64,000 nt of DNA from a virus: positions 64,001 to 128,000 of IMG/VR virus record IMGVR_UViG_3300024319_000003; one strand, written 5' to 3'. The notes beneath the pieces are model-generated. The model saw nothing but the letters and a program-made list of their open reading frames with translations, was not told the DNA's origin and did not search any database. Shown here piece by piece: positions 9,250 through 19,008 of this stretch (position 1 is its first letter; the number at the start of each line of letters is the position of its first letter). The position numbers and the translations under genes were made by a program.

Positions 9250-9952
9250 CTTTGTTTGGGATACTACTGCATCCGGAGCAGGCTTCCAAAAAAATCTAGA
9301 TAAATTACTTGCAACAGGCTACCAGGTCTATATGGTTATGGTGTATGCTCACCCTATGATTTCTTACGTTTCTAACTTTATGGCTAGGGAAAGAAATATT
9401 CCTGGCGATTCTGTATTTGCTACCTGGAGAAATGTGTATACTAAAATAGAAGACTTTAACAGACAGTTAAAAGGTAACTTATCTATCTTTGTAAGTGATA
9501 GAGGCGGTAAATATAAAAAAGAAGTTGAAGGATTTGATAAAGCTGCTAAAAGTGGCTTAAGTGGAGTAAAAGATTATTTAGAGAAATTTAATCAAGATAA
9601 TAATGTCGGCGGCTCTTCCTTCTTTGTACCAGTAGAGATGACACCTGAAGAAGAGCAACAATTTATAAAAGATGTTGGTAGTATAGATTGGGATAAAGAA
9701 AATAGATCAGAAGACAAAGCAATTAAAACTGCATTTCTAAAAGCTTACAGAAAGAACGGAGCAGGCCCAGGACAGGATAAGCTTAAAGCAGCAGTTCAAA
9801 AGTATAGAGACAGCAATATAAAAAGAAAAGGAAAAGCAGATGAAGTTCTAGATAATATTGTAGATATGATATACAATCCAACATTTCAAGAAAAATTAAA
9901 TCACTCCTCAGTAGGAGAAATAGACTCTAAAGTACAATCATTTTTAGCATGA
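9011..9952 (+). CDS. Zeta-toxin/AAA_33-like P-loop kinase with MIKLSTLILE leader
   Basis: Walker A AGGAGSGKT, NPD, FVWDTT, GYQVYMVMV...RER. Confidence 0.7.
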   Translation: MIKLSTLILEDRSAPKAIIMAGGAGSGKTYLLNQLGLDSLVQFNPDKYVEDKDHPYYNKLGPAANQTSKDAMAAAEEKTSFVWDTTASGAGFQKNLDKLLATGYQVYMVMVYAHPMISYVSNFMARERNIPGDSVFATWRNVYTKIEDFNRQLKGNLSIFVSDRGGKYKKEVEGFDKAAKSGLSGVKDYLEKFNQDNNVGGSSFFVPVEMTPEEEQQFIKDVGSIDWDKENRSEDKAIKTAFLKAYRKNGAGPGQDKLKAAVQKYRDSNIKRKGKADEVLDNIVDMIYNPTFQEKLNHSSVGEIDSKVQSFLA

Positions 9953-11517
9953 TAGCATTATACCCAGGCGCATATAAACCTCCTCATAGAGGACATTACA
10001 ACGTAGTAAAGTCATTATTAGACGGCTCATATAACGGTTCAATATATAATAAAGATAATTACAAAGAAACTGGTGCTTCACTTCTAGGTGGCAGCAACGG
10101 TGAAAAACCGAATATAGACAAGGTTATAGTTTTCGTAGGAGCAGGTGAGAGAAACGGTATATCTAAAGATGAATCAATGTCTATATGGAATACTTATGCT
10201 AAATACTTAGGTAATGTTGAGATAAAAGACGGAGGGAGCAACCCAATGTTTGCAGCCAAAGATTATGCACAAGCTAACCCTGAACAAGAATTCGCATCAG
10301 TAACAGGAATAAGAGGTGAGAAAGATTTTGTAGATTTAAGGAGAGTTACTACTTATAAAAACGCTCCCAATGTTAAAGGATTAGCACTCGCAGCAAAACC
10401 TGGGTCAACAATTAGAGCAACAGATTTTAGAAACAATATACTATCGGGTAACTTAGATAAGATTTTAGATTTTTTCCCTAAAGAGTTATCTAGAGAAGAA
10501 ATACTATCAATACTTACAGGTTTGAAAGATAAAATAGTAGCAGAAGTAATAAGCTCAAGTCTCAGCGGAATTATAGATGAATATTTTGCTCTTAACGAAA
10601 ATAACGAAGTAGAACAATTAGAGGTAGAAATAAATGAAGAAGCAGGTAAGAAACTAGAATTAAAAGATTATATAACATCTTTGACTGAATATATGTTAGA
10701 CCGTAAAATGAACATATTACCTTTACCGGAAATAAAAATTAAAAGGGACCCAATAGAAGCAAGTAACTTTTTCGGCAGAACTGCATATTACAGTCCATCA
10801 TTAAAAGAGATAGTACTTTTCGCAGAAGGAAGACACGATAAAGATATCGTTAGATCTTTTGCTCACGAAATGATTCACCATATTCAGAACATAGAAGGTA
10901 GGTTAGGGCGTATAGGTACTTCAAATACAAATGAAGATGAGTACTTAATGGAGATAGAAAAAGAAGCGTACCTATTAGGCAACATAACTTTCCGTAACTG
11001 GGAGGATAGTTTAAAAGGTTTAGAAGAAGGTCTCTGGGCTAATATTAATGCTAAGAAAAAGAAAGGAAAGAAAGCTTCTCATAAAAACTCAAAAGCGTAT
11101 AAAGCTGCTAAAAAAGCAGGAGACTCTTTAGAAAAGACTAAAAAGGAATCAATTGTAGGTGAAAATATTACAAAAACAGAATTAAACGCAATAGAAAAAT
11201 ACGCAGATAAACTTTTTATAAAGTTAGGGATAGATATAGAGTTTACAAAACACTTTTTGGACAGAGCTAACGATGACCGGAACGGTAAAACAATAACAGT
11301 ACCAGAACTAATTGGTATGTTTAAGAGGTTACATAGAAAACATGGTAAACCTCTTTCAAGATTAGATACGGATATTAACGCAGTAGTAAAAGATTTCAAC
11401 AATGATATTAACGTTCCTTTTGCAATTGATGTTACAGATGATGGTATAGATATGTACGCAAAGACTATAATGAGAAAGAAAGACTTCAAAACATCTACAC
11501 CGGTTTACACTATATAG
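9949..11517 (+). CDS. Mosaic protein: HxGH nucleotidyltransferase + HEXXH peptidase-like module + C-terminal putative RNase-like module
   Basis: YPGAYKPPHRGH...IRATDFR; AHEMIHH; IEFTKHFLDR...KTIMRK. Confidence 0.65.
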   Translation: MIALYPGAYKPPHRGHYNVVKSLLDGSYNGSIYNKDNYKETGASLLGGSNGEKPNIDKVIVFVGAGERNGISKDESMSIWNTYAKYLGNVEIKDGGSNPMFAAKDYAQANPEQEFASVTGIRGEKDFVDLRRVTTYKNAPNVKGLALAAKPGSTIRATDFRNNILSGNLDKILDFFPKELSREEILSILTGLKDKIVAEVISSSLSGIIDEYFALNENNEVEQLEVEINEEAGKKLELKDYITSLTEYMLDRKMNILPLPEIKIKRDPIEASNFFGRTAYYSPSLKEIVLFAEGRHDKDIVRSFAHEMIHHIQNIEGRLGRIGTSNTNEDEYLMEIEKEAYLLGNITFRNWEDSLKGLEEGLWANINAKKKKGKKASHKNSKAYKAAKKAGDSLEKTKKESIVGENITKTELNAIEKYADKLFIKLGIDIEFTKHFLDRANDDRNGKTITVPELIGMFKRLHRKHGKPLSRLDTDINAVVKDFNNDINVPFAIDVTDDGIDMYAKTIMRKKDFKTSTPVYTI

Positions 11518-11531
11518 AAATAACAGTAAAC

Positions 11532-11563
11532 AGTTGGTAGTTAGAAAAAAAATTCGTATATTA
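11532..11563 (+). promoter_or_regulatory. Putative early/middle promoter AGTTG-N16-TTCGTATATT, copy 3
   Basis: Intergenic, same spacing, upstream of the nucleotidase gene. Confidence 0.65.
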
Positions 11564-11593
11564 AGAAAGAATAGTATAAACTAAAAAAAGGTT

Positions 11594-12184
11594 ATGAATA
11601 CAAGTATAATAGATTTATTAGATGCACACCCACCAACAGTAGCAGAAAAAACATCAAAGTATAAGATATATTGCGATATGGACGGAGTATTAACAGACTT
11701 CGAAAAAAGATTCTTTGATAAAGTAAATGAGGTTGGTCCTGATCACTACCCACTTAAGGACATAAAAAAAGTAATTAAGCCAAAAGATTTTGAGGCAATA
11801 TTCGGCATGACTGAATTCTGGAAATTTATAGACCAAATAGTTGGTGTATCATTCTGGGTAGGAATGGACTGGATGCCAAGAGGAAAAGAACTCTGGAGCT
11901 TTATATCTAAATACAATCCATCGCTTCTTACTTCACCATCAAGAGATAACACATCCAGATTAGGTAAAAACCTCTGGGTTAAGAATCAACTTACTCCAAA
12001 ACCTAAAGTAATATTTGCATACTCAGCATATAAACAAAACTATGCTAACCCTAATGCTATACTCATTGATGATAAAAAGTCAAACATAGAAGAGTGGAGA
12101 GCAAAAGGCGGTATAGCGTTTAGAGTTAAAGGAGGAGACATAACAGAAGCACTAAACGGTCTTAAAGAGTTAGGATATGAGTAA
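11594..12184 (+). CDS. HAD-family 5'(3')-deoxyribonucleotidase-like protein
   Basis: IYCDMDGVLTDF (motif I), LTSP (II), GK (III), LIDD (IV). Confidence 0.8.
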   Translation: MNTSIIDLLDAHPPTVAEKTSKYKIYCDMDGVLTDFEKRFFDKVNEVGPDHYPLKDIKKVIKPKDFEAIFGMTEFWKFIDQIVGVSFWVGMDWMPRGKELWSFISKYNPSLLTSPSRDNTSRLGKNLWVKNQLTPKPKVIFAYSAYKQNYANPNAILIDDKKSNIEEWRAKGGIAFRVKGGDITEALNGLKELGYE

Positions 12185-12752
12185 TAAACTAAAAAAAGAG
12201 TTTAAAAAAGCTGATGTAGAGCGCATGAGAAATCTTATTAAAAAAGATTATACTGCATCTACTAAGTCACAGATAGGGTATAAAAAAACATACACAGTAC
12301 ATAAAGAAGGTGAAGTTTGGGAAGAAAATGGAAAACAATGGGTAATAAAGAACGGGATAAAACAAAACGTTACCAAGTTTGACGCAGCAAAAAAAGCAAT
12401 GCAGACTCCTCTTACCTGTCCTAAATGCAGCGGACCAATGAATTACTACCTGAGTAAAGAGACATATAAGAAATCAAAAATGTGTTTTAACTGTTATATG
12501 ACATATACGGAAGAGCTCAGGAAAAACGGATTATTTGAAGACTACATTAGAAGTGTTAACAAGGGTAATATTAAATACTTTATCAAAGCATTTGAGCAAA
12601 AAATTGAGCATATAAACAACTCATCTAAGCAAACATTTGTAACAGAGCAAGGAGATATAGAGGACTGGAAAAGTAATGAAACGGAAACAAAAAGAAAAAT
12701 TACTAAAGAATTACAGGAGTATATAGAATTTTTAAAACTTAAGCTAGAATAG
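12177..12752 (+). CDS. Hypothetical protein with zinc finger
   Basis: CPKC...CFNC. Confidence 0.55.
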   Translation: MSNKLKKEFKKADVERMRNLIKKDYTASTKSQIGYKKTYTVHKEGEVWEENGKQWVIKNGIKQNVTKFDAAKKAMQTPLTCPKCSGPMNYYLSKETYKKSKMCFNCYMTYTEELRKNGLFEDYIRSVNKGNIKYFIKAFEQKIEHINNSSKQTFVTEQGDIEDWKSNETETKRKITKELQEYIEFLKLKLE

Positions 12753-12756
12753 ACTA

Positions 12757-12764
12757 TATTTATA
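12757..12764 (+). promoter_or_regulatory. Putative late promoter TATTTATA
   Basis: Intergenic, about 31 nt upstream of ORF 12796. Confidence 0.55.
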
Positions 12765-12795
12765 AGATATATATACAAATTCTAGCATAGTTAAT

Positions 12796-13152
12796 ATGAC
12801 ACAAAAAGATTTACTTGAATCAGTACTTAAAGAATTAGTTCACATAAAAAAGCATATGCCTAACGGTGAACTAAAAATTATGCTGAAAGACGTTAAAGGA
12901 CTGAAAGATGATATGTCGGATCTCAAGTATACATTACTAAACCCAGAAGACGGTACTATAGTTAAAACCAATCAAAACTCAGCTTTCCGTAAAAGGATGG
13001 AAGATAATGAAAAAGATTTTTTCAATAAACTTCAAGAAATACAAGATTTAAAAAAATGGAAAGATAGTGTACAGAAAGCTCTTTGGATTATATTTACAGT
13101 TCTCGCTGGTGTAGTAATTAAACTATTATCAGAAGTAATACGTATACAGTAA
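12796..13152 (+). CDS. Coiled-coil protein with a single C-terminal transmembrane helix
   Basis: ALWIIFTVLAGVVIKLL; a lysis role is possible but unproven. Confidence 0.5.
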   Translation: MTQKDLLESVLKELVHIKKHMPNGELKIMLKDVKGLKDDMSDLKYTLLNPEDGTIVKTNQNSAFRKRMEDNEKDFFNKLQEIQDLKKWKDSVQKALWIIFTVLAGVVIKLLSEVIRIQ

Positions 13153-13832
13153 TGAAACAAAGTACAGTAAGAGATATAGTTAAAGAGTCATTAAGAGATT
13201 GGTTTAAAAAAGAAAAATGGGTAAGAATATCATCTTCTGGTAACATAGCAGGAGACTGTGGTACTTCAAAGAATAAAAAAAATCCGGATAGGTGCTTGCC
13301 GAAATCAAAAGCACAGAGTTTAACAAAAGGCCAAAGAGCCGCTACTGCAGCAAAGAAAAAGAAAGCAGGAAGTAAAGGAAAGACAGTCGTGAAGAATACA
13401 AAAAAAGCAAAGGTAACAAAAGAAGATTTAACAAACCTAGTAGTAGGGATGGTAAACGAAATAAAAAACCCTCAAAACTTAATTAGCTTTGGATACGATT
13501 TAGACGCTATTGAGGACGTTGTTAACCACTTAAGAAGTAAATACAAACCTGGCGTAGATTATGAACTCCATATAGGAAGAGGAGACGATTTACCTAACGC
13601 TGTAACTATTTTGAATCCAAAACTTCATAGTGATTACGATTTGAACGATATGTTAAATTATGCACAAAGCGATGAAGATAGATACGATGCTTATACTGAC
13701 GGTAATTTAAACGAGAAGAAAGACGATAGATGTACTAGATTAGCAAAACAGAAATACGACACATGGCCATCAGCTTATGCCTCAGGAGCAGTGGTAAGAT
13801 GTAGACGAGGGGATATATGGAAAGAGAAATAA
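13152..13832 (+). CDS. Basic mosaic hypothetical protein with leader
   Basis: Leader MKQSTVRDIVKE; LRDWFKKEKWV module and WPSAYASGAVVRCR module separated by VNE/LNE. Confidence 0.55.
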   Translation: MKQSTVRDIVKESLRDWFKKEKWVRISSSGNIAGDCGTSKNKKNPDRCLPKSKAQSLTKGQRAATAAKKKKAGSKGKTVVKNTKKAKVTKEDLTNLVVGMVNEIKNPQNLISFGYDLDAIEDVVNHLRSKYKPGVDYELHIGRGDDLPNAVTILNPKLHSDYDLNDMLNYAQSDEDRYDAYTDGNLNEKKDDRCTRLAKQKYDTWPSAYASGAVVRCRRGDIWKEK

Positions 13833-13845
13833 CAGTAATATTAAA

Positions 13846-14043
13846 ATGGCACCAAAACTAAAACCAAGTTCTAAAGAATATAAAAAAGACCGTAACGGTA
13901 GAATGACCAGCAAATGGGAATGGAAGCACTATACAGTTGCAAGTACATCAACAAAGGAGCTGTTAAAGCATCTCGATAGCCCTTCTATGAAGAGAAAAAG
14001 AAAAGTAATTAGTTTGGAACTTAAAAAAAGAAATGCAATATAA
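13846..14043 (+). CDS. Small basic hypothetical protein
   Basis: 65-aa Lys-rich ORF filling the gap, co-oriented. Confidence 0.5.
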   Translation: MAPKLKPSSKEYKKDRNGRMTSKWEWKHYTVASTSTKELLKHLDSPSMKRKRKVISLELKKRNAI

Positions 14044-14048
14044 CTAAC

Positions 14049-14249
14049 ATGAATAGGAACGATTTAAAAGATGTAATACTTGAGGTGCTATATGAAGGTC
14101 CACACGATCCGGTAAAACCGGGTATATTAAAAAAGAGGATTGGAAAACTATCTTGTTCAAAAGTACGTAAAGAAAAAAGTAAATTAAAAGATAAAGGAAC
14201 ACATTTTGCAAAAGCATTACAGAGGTACTTAAACTACCACTGTCAGTAA
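14049..14249 (+). CDS. Small basic protein with leader
   Basis: MNRNDLKDVILEVLYE leader. Confidence 0.5.
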   Translation: MNRNDLKDVILEVLYEGPHDPVKPGILKKRIGKLSCSKVRKEKSKLKDKGTHFAKALQRYLNYHCQ

Positions 14250-14273
14250 TACAGAGATTTAATAAAAAGAATC

Positions 14274-14285
14274 TATTTATTTATA
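14274..14285 (+). promoter_or_regulatory. Putative late promoter (TATTTATTTATA)
   Basis: Intergenic, upstream of ORF 14312. Confidence 0.5.
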
Positions 14286-14311
14286 TAGCTATAAAATTAA
14301 AAAACATTAAC

Positions 14312-16507
14312 ATGACCTATAAAGAGCTTAAAAAACGCTTAATTAAGGTAGAAACTGCTTTAAAAGATTTGAATACAAACACAGATTTAAAGCACTCCAC
14401 TACATTTGTTAAGGAAACAACAGTTAAACTCACAACCCTTAAAGAATCCATTCTTAATAAACTCTCACTACTAAAAGAAGAAGATGGAACAGTCCGCACA
14501 GATGATGAAAGAAAAGCAGAGAAGCTTACTAAACAGGGAGTTAATGTAGACTTAGTAGATAAAATAGAAGAAAACGAAGAGAACAATGTAAACTTCTCAG
14601 TTGACGATATGAGAAGTATGATAACTCAAGTAGGTAGATCACTAACTAAATGTCTAAAAACACTAGGAGATGAAGTTGCAAGAATTAAAGCACATCGTTT
14701 AGAAGAAAATTCATTTGATATACATGTTACATATAAAGGTGAACAAGGAGAAGATGAATTTGCATTTCATATTCAAAACGGTAATCTTCATTTAGCTGAT
14801 TTTTCTTTTAACAAAAAATTAGTTGATATAGGAGTGAAACCATCCGGTGAAGCATTTATAAATCAAGATGTATTAAAAAACGAACTTATTAAACACTTTA
14901 AATCAGTTGCATCGGTAAATGAAACTAAAAATATACTAAAAGAATTTACAGACCACAGCTTTAAAGGATCAGAAGTAATAGATGATGCTAACGAAAGAGG
15001 GCCTGATATGTTCGGTAAAGGTGTATTTGCTGACTTACTTCCTAAAGGAGTAGCAAGTGAAAATGCTGCCGTAGAAGCTTTAAAAGCTCATGATAAGAGT
15101 CCTATTAAAGCTAGAATGGGAAGGTATGCACCAATGTTTGTACACGTTCAGTATCATAATTTAGAGCACGAAGGTGAAAAATACCAAATGCATCAAACAC
15201 AGTACTATAACAGTAACTTTAAAGACAAAGATCCTAACTTTAACCCTGGAGTATCTAAAATTACTTTATTTAAAGACCCAGATGGAGAAGATACTAATCT
15301 AGGTACTATAATTGTTAAGACAGATGAGTACGTTCAAGATCTTAGAAATTTACCTGGATTAGGTAAAAGAGTTAGTGAAAATTTAAACGAATTAGATGCT
15401 GATAACTCAAAAGCTTTAGTAAAGAAAGCAGTAGCAGATATTAATGGAGCAATGTTTAAGTTTAGACATTCAAATCCATTAAAGATGATCGCTGCTAAAG
15501 ATAAAGACTTAAAGGTTAAATTAGATTCAATGCATAATGCTATATTTGACTTAGAAAAAGTATTAAAAGCTAAAGATTTATTCGAAGCTACTAGAAAGGA
15601 CTTAGGAATAGGTTCATCAGTATCTAAACGTAGAGCTAAAGCAGAGCTAAAGAAACCTGGAAATGATGGTTCTAAAGTATACGGATTAGATAAAGACGGT
15701 AAGAGGGTTCATATTAAAAGCATTAATGACGTAGATAAATTTAAGAAGTTTGAATTAGATGCTGATATAGCTGAAGGTAGTATGTTAAAGGAATTTGTAG
15801 GCAAAGAATTAGAAGATAGAAACGAACCTTTATATGATGCATTAGTAGCAGGGCAAGGTAAATCAGAAACAGTAGAAGGTGAAATGCTACGAGCTATAAA
15901 TAGAATAGCTTACCGTTTCTACAATGATGGAGATAAATACTTTCAAGGGTATGGGACAGAAACTGCAGGACCTGCCCACTCATTTTTAGTTAATGCCAAT
16001 CATCCTTTAAAATCAGCAATGATTAAAGTATTAGATGAACCCTCTGGAGATAGTTCTTATGAAAGAATGCTCAAAGATGCTTTAGATATGATTTTAGATT
16101 ATATTGAATCTAGACAAGGTAAATATACTCCTAATAACGTAGGTGATATATTTGATTATGAACCTGAATTTGAAGATGATGAAGATGATTACGATGATGA
16201 TCCTTGGGGATATAATGACGAAGAAGAAGAAGATTACTACAATGAAGTAAAAGGAAAGAAACTAAAAGAGTCTACAGACCTTTATCAAGATTCTTATTTT
16301 ACATTCACAAGATATGCAGGAGGCAAAGTAAACGGACCTAGCTTACAGATTACAGTGCCGAAATTAAATGGCAGTGGTTTTGACTATATACAAATCCCCG
16401 GAAGAGAAGTAAAGAGATTTGCACAAGGTGCAGTAAAATCTGCAATGGAATTCAAAGATATAAACTACCAGGGCATAGACGACAATAAAAATAATACTAG
16501 CAAATAA
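14312..16507 (+). CDS. Large mosaic protein, putative head-internal polyprotein
   Basis: Apparently unrelated modules separated by VNE/LKE/LNE/LFE/IAE/LKE. Confidence 0.5.
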   Translation: MTYKELKKRLIKVETALKDLNTNTDLKHSTTFVKETTVKLTTLKESILNKLSLLKEEDGTVRTDDERKAEKLTKQGVNVDLVDKIEENEENNVNFSVDDMRSMITQVGRSLTKCLKTLGDEVARIKAHRLEENSFDIHVTYKGEQGEDEFAFHIQNGNLHLADFSFNKKLVDIGVKPSGEAFINQDVLKNELIKHFKSVASVNETKNILKEFTDHSFKGSEVIDDANERGPDMFGKGVFADLLPKGVASENAAVEALKAHDKSPIKARMGRYAPMFVHVQYHNLEHEGEKYQMHQTQYYNSNFKDKDPNFNPGVSKITLFKDPDGEDTNLGTIIVKTDEYVQDLRNLPGLGKRVSENLNELDADNSKALVKKAVADINGAMFKFRHSNPLKMIAAKDKDLKVKLDSMHNAIFDLEKVLKAKDLFEATRKDLGIGSSVSKRRAKAELKKPGNDGSKVYGLDKDGKRVHIKSINDVDKFKKFELDADIAEGSMLKEFVGKELEDRNEPLYDALVAGQGKSETVEGEMLRAINRIAYRFYNDGDKYFQGYGTETAGPAHSFLVNANHPLKSAMIKVLDEPSGDSSYERMLKDALDMILDYIESRQGKYTPNNVGDIFDYEPEFEDDEDDYDDDPWGYNDEEEEDYYNEVKGKKLKESTDLYQDSYFTFTRYAGGKVNGPSLQITVPKLNGSGFDYIQIPGREVKRFAQGAVKSAMEFKDINYQGIDDNKNNTSK

Positions 16508-16510
16508 GAT

Positions 16511-18979
16511 ATGCATAAATTAGAAAAACTAATACTAGAAAGCTATGCTGAAGTTTTAAGAGAGGACAAAAAAGTGCTTCGCTTAGACGACTTAACTCCT
16601 GTAATGAGGAAAGCACTAGAAAAGAGATACGGTAAATCGGTAGATCCTGAACAGGATTTTGTTAGTGCAAACTTAGAGACATACTACTTTACTCATAAAA
16701 TTAATAAAGAAACAAACTCGGTTGATCACAAAGTATATGATCTCCCTTCTTTTCAAAGCCTATATTTCGGATACTCAGATATAATAGATGATGTAAGACA
16801 GTTAATGAACAGTGCCGATGTTAGAAGTGATAAAGCTGCAAGAGAGTTATTTGAACTGATCAAATCTAATTTTAGACAGATACAAAAATACCTCAGAACA
16901 GAAAGACCAGATCAATATGAACTTATGAAATCAACTAGGTCTTTAGAGGAGAACATATCAGCTCTAAAGGAATATAGGTTATCAATAGGGAGTAAAGAGG
17001 TAGCTAGAATAAATAAAGTAGGCCTAGACCCCGAAGACTGGACAGTAACTTTTGTAGACGGTACAGAAGAACCTTACATGAACCACTTAAGAGAAGTAAC
17101 TGATATGAATGACCCGGTTATGGTAAAGATAAGGCAAGCTAAGATGCATTCAGATAAAATGAAAAAATTAGATGCTTATTCAAAATCCCCTGAAGGTAGA
17201 GCTGCTGTAAGAACACAAGCTAGTGCAGAAAGAAAAGAACAAAAAGCTAGAGAGATAGTTCGTAAGTTAAAAATCAAAAGAGCACAAGTAGAAAGAGAAA
17301 TGGAAAACGATCCAGGTACCGAACCTCAAGGTGGTCCAGTATCAGATATGTACGGAGATCAATTAAATAAAATTGACAATGCTATTGAAAAAGCAGCAGG
17401 CATATACAATAAGAGAATGACCTACGACCAAGCAGTTGGTAAAGTTACTGAGATATTTGCTGATAGTACGTTTATTGATAAGCATAGAGATAGCGTAGTT
17501 GCTCATATAGAAGAGTTACTAGATGATATGGGAACATCAGAAGTTGCAATGGAATACCTTGGATGGTCTGAGGAAGAAGCAGAAGATGCTGACCACACTG
17601 TAAGAGCAGATGCAGCTAATAAGATTGCTAACGATCCAGCATTAGCTTCAGAGTTCCTAGATAAAGACGATATTGAAAAGATAAAAGCAGCTAACCTAAG
17701 TGAAGGTGAAGGAGATGATCATCACTACATTAAAGTAAAATTACACGATTATAAGAAAGCTATGGCTATCTTAGATCAAAACGTAGATCCAACTTATGTT
17801 AAGATGGAGGTTGTTGACAATGACGGAAACGGTAATGTTATTATCTACTTTATATTTAAACATGAAGCCGGTTTCGACGACATGTATGATGACTCAGAAA
17901 ACCCAGATTCAGAATTTTATCAAGAACCAGACGAAGATCCACAAGCATTCGTTTACGATGTAGTAATGGACTTAGGAGCTAACGATATAACTGTAGTAGA
18001 TTCTTCCACAGAGATGGATGAAATATTAAAGGAAGAAGAAAACAGCGACTCAGGAAAGCTAAATAAAATACAAACTTTTGGAGACCTACAGAAATTTATA
18101 AAACTTACTAAAACTAAAATAGTAGCAAAAAAAGTAGGTGGAGCACTAGATGCAGCAATAGGTTTTATACCTGGGATAGGAAACGTAAAAACAGGTATAG
18201 ATGTTATTAGAGCTTTAGCTAAAAAACAAGATGGTAAAACAACCAATACGTTTTTGGATAAAATGGATGTTGATGATAAAGCATCTGCAATAGTAGACGA
18301 TAAAGTTGAAGCTAACTTTATTAACTACATGCATAAAAGAATAGAAGATCAAGATGCTAATACAAAGTTACCTAGTAACTTTAATATGAACAGTTACTTT
18401 AATGACTTCTTATCAGCTGAATACGATAAGAGAACTATTGACGGAATCAATGAAGAGATAGGATCAGAAACAATTTTAGAAGATGCTACGGATATAATGT
18501 TAGAAAAATTTCCTACACTAAAAGCAGTGTTAATAAGACTTCAAACAGAAGACTTTAAAGAATTTGTTAACAAGATTGATTGGATATCACCGAGACCAAC
18601 GGAATTTAGAATTAACTTAACCAATGGACAGGATTACATTTTGAAGTGGACAGGTAAAGGCTTTGAAGCTCAGATACTGGGTAAAAGATACTTCTTAAAT
18701 AAGATAAATGAATTTCAACAAGCATTGGATAAGTTAGCAATTTTATATAAGGAAGGTCCAATGGGAGAACCAGAAGAACCAGCAGAACCAGCCCCAGAAA
18801 CAGATAGTGGATCATCAAGCGGAAGTGGCGGAGATTTTCCTGGAGAAGAAGGAGGAGGAGATTCCGGAGAAGATACCCCAGATGGAGATGATACAGCAGA
18901 TGCAGGAGAAGAAGAAGGAGCTGATTTAACAGATGAACCTGTTGATTTTGAAGAACCAGCAGAAGAACCAGAAGCATAA
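16511..18979 (+). CDS. Large acidic mosaic protein, putative head-internal polyprotein with leader
   Basis: MHKLEKLILE leader; LRE/LKE/VTE/LSE/INE junctions; E/P/G/D-rich tail. Confidence 0.5.
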   Translation: MHKLEKLILESYAEVLREDKKVLRLDDLTPVMRKALEKRYGKSVDPEQDFVSANLETYYFTHKINKETNSVDHKVYDLPSFQSLYFGYSDIIDDVRQLMNSADVRSDKAARELFELIKSNFRQIQKYLRTERPDQYELMKSTRSLEENISALKEYRLSIGSKEVARINKVGLDPEDWTVTFVDGTEEPYMNHLREVTDMNDPVMVKIRQAKMHSDKMKKLDAYSKSPEGRAAVRTQASAERKEQKAREIVRKLKIKRAQVEREMENDPGTEPQGGPVSDMYGDQLNKIDNAIEKAAGIYNKRMTYDQAVGKVTEIFADSTFIDKHRDSVVAHIEELLDDMGTSEVAMEYLGWSEEEAEDADHTVRADAANKIANDPALASEFLDKDDIEKIKAANLSEGEGDDHHYIKVKLHDYKKAMAILDQNVDPTYVKMEVVDNDGNGNVIIYFIFKHEAGFDDMYDDSENPDSEFYQEPDEDPQAFVYDVVMDLGANDITVVDSSTEMDEILKEEENSDSGKLNKIQTFGDLQKFIKLTKTKIVAKKVGGALDAAIGFIPGIGNVKTGIDVIRALAKKQDGKTTNTFLDKMDVDDKASAIVDDKVEANFINYMHKRIEDQDANTKLPSNFNMNSYFNDFLSAEYDKRTIDGINEEIGSETILEDATDIMLEKFPTLKAVLIRLQTEDFKEFVNKIDWISPRPTEFRINLTNGQDYILKWTGKGFEAQILGKRYFLNKINEFQQALDKLAILYKEGPMGEPEEPAEPAPETDSGSSSGSGGDFPGEEGGGDSGEDTPDGDDTADAGEEEGADLTDEPVDFEEPAEEPEA

Positions 18980-19008
18980 TAAAAAAATAAAAAAATAAAA
19001 CAAATACA

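Noticed and set aside
9011-9952. Classical epsilon-zeta toxin-antitoxin module
   Set aside because: No adjacent small antitoxin-like gene; similarity is limited to the kinase motifs.
12796-13152. Holin call
   Set aside because: A single TM helix and no recognisable endolysin nearby are not enough to assign it.
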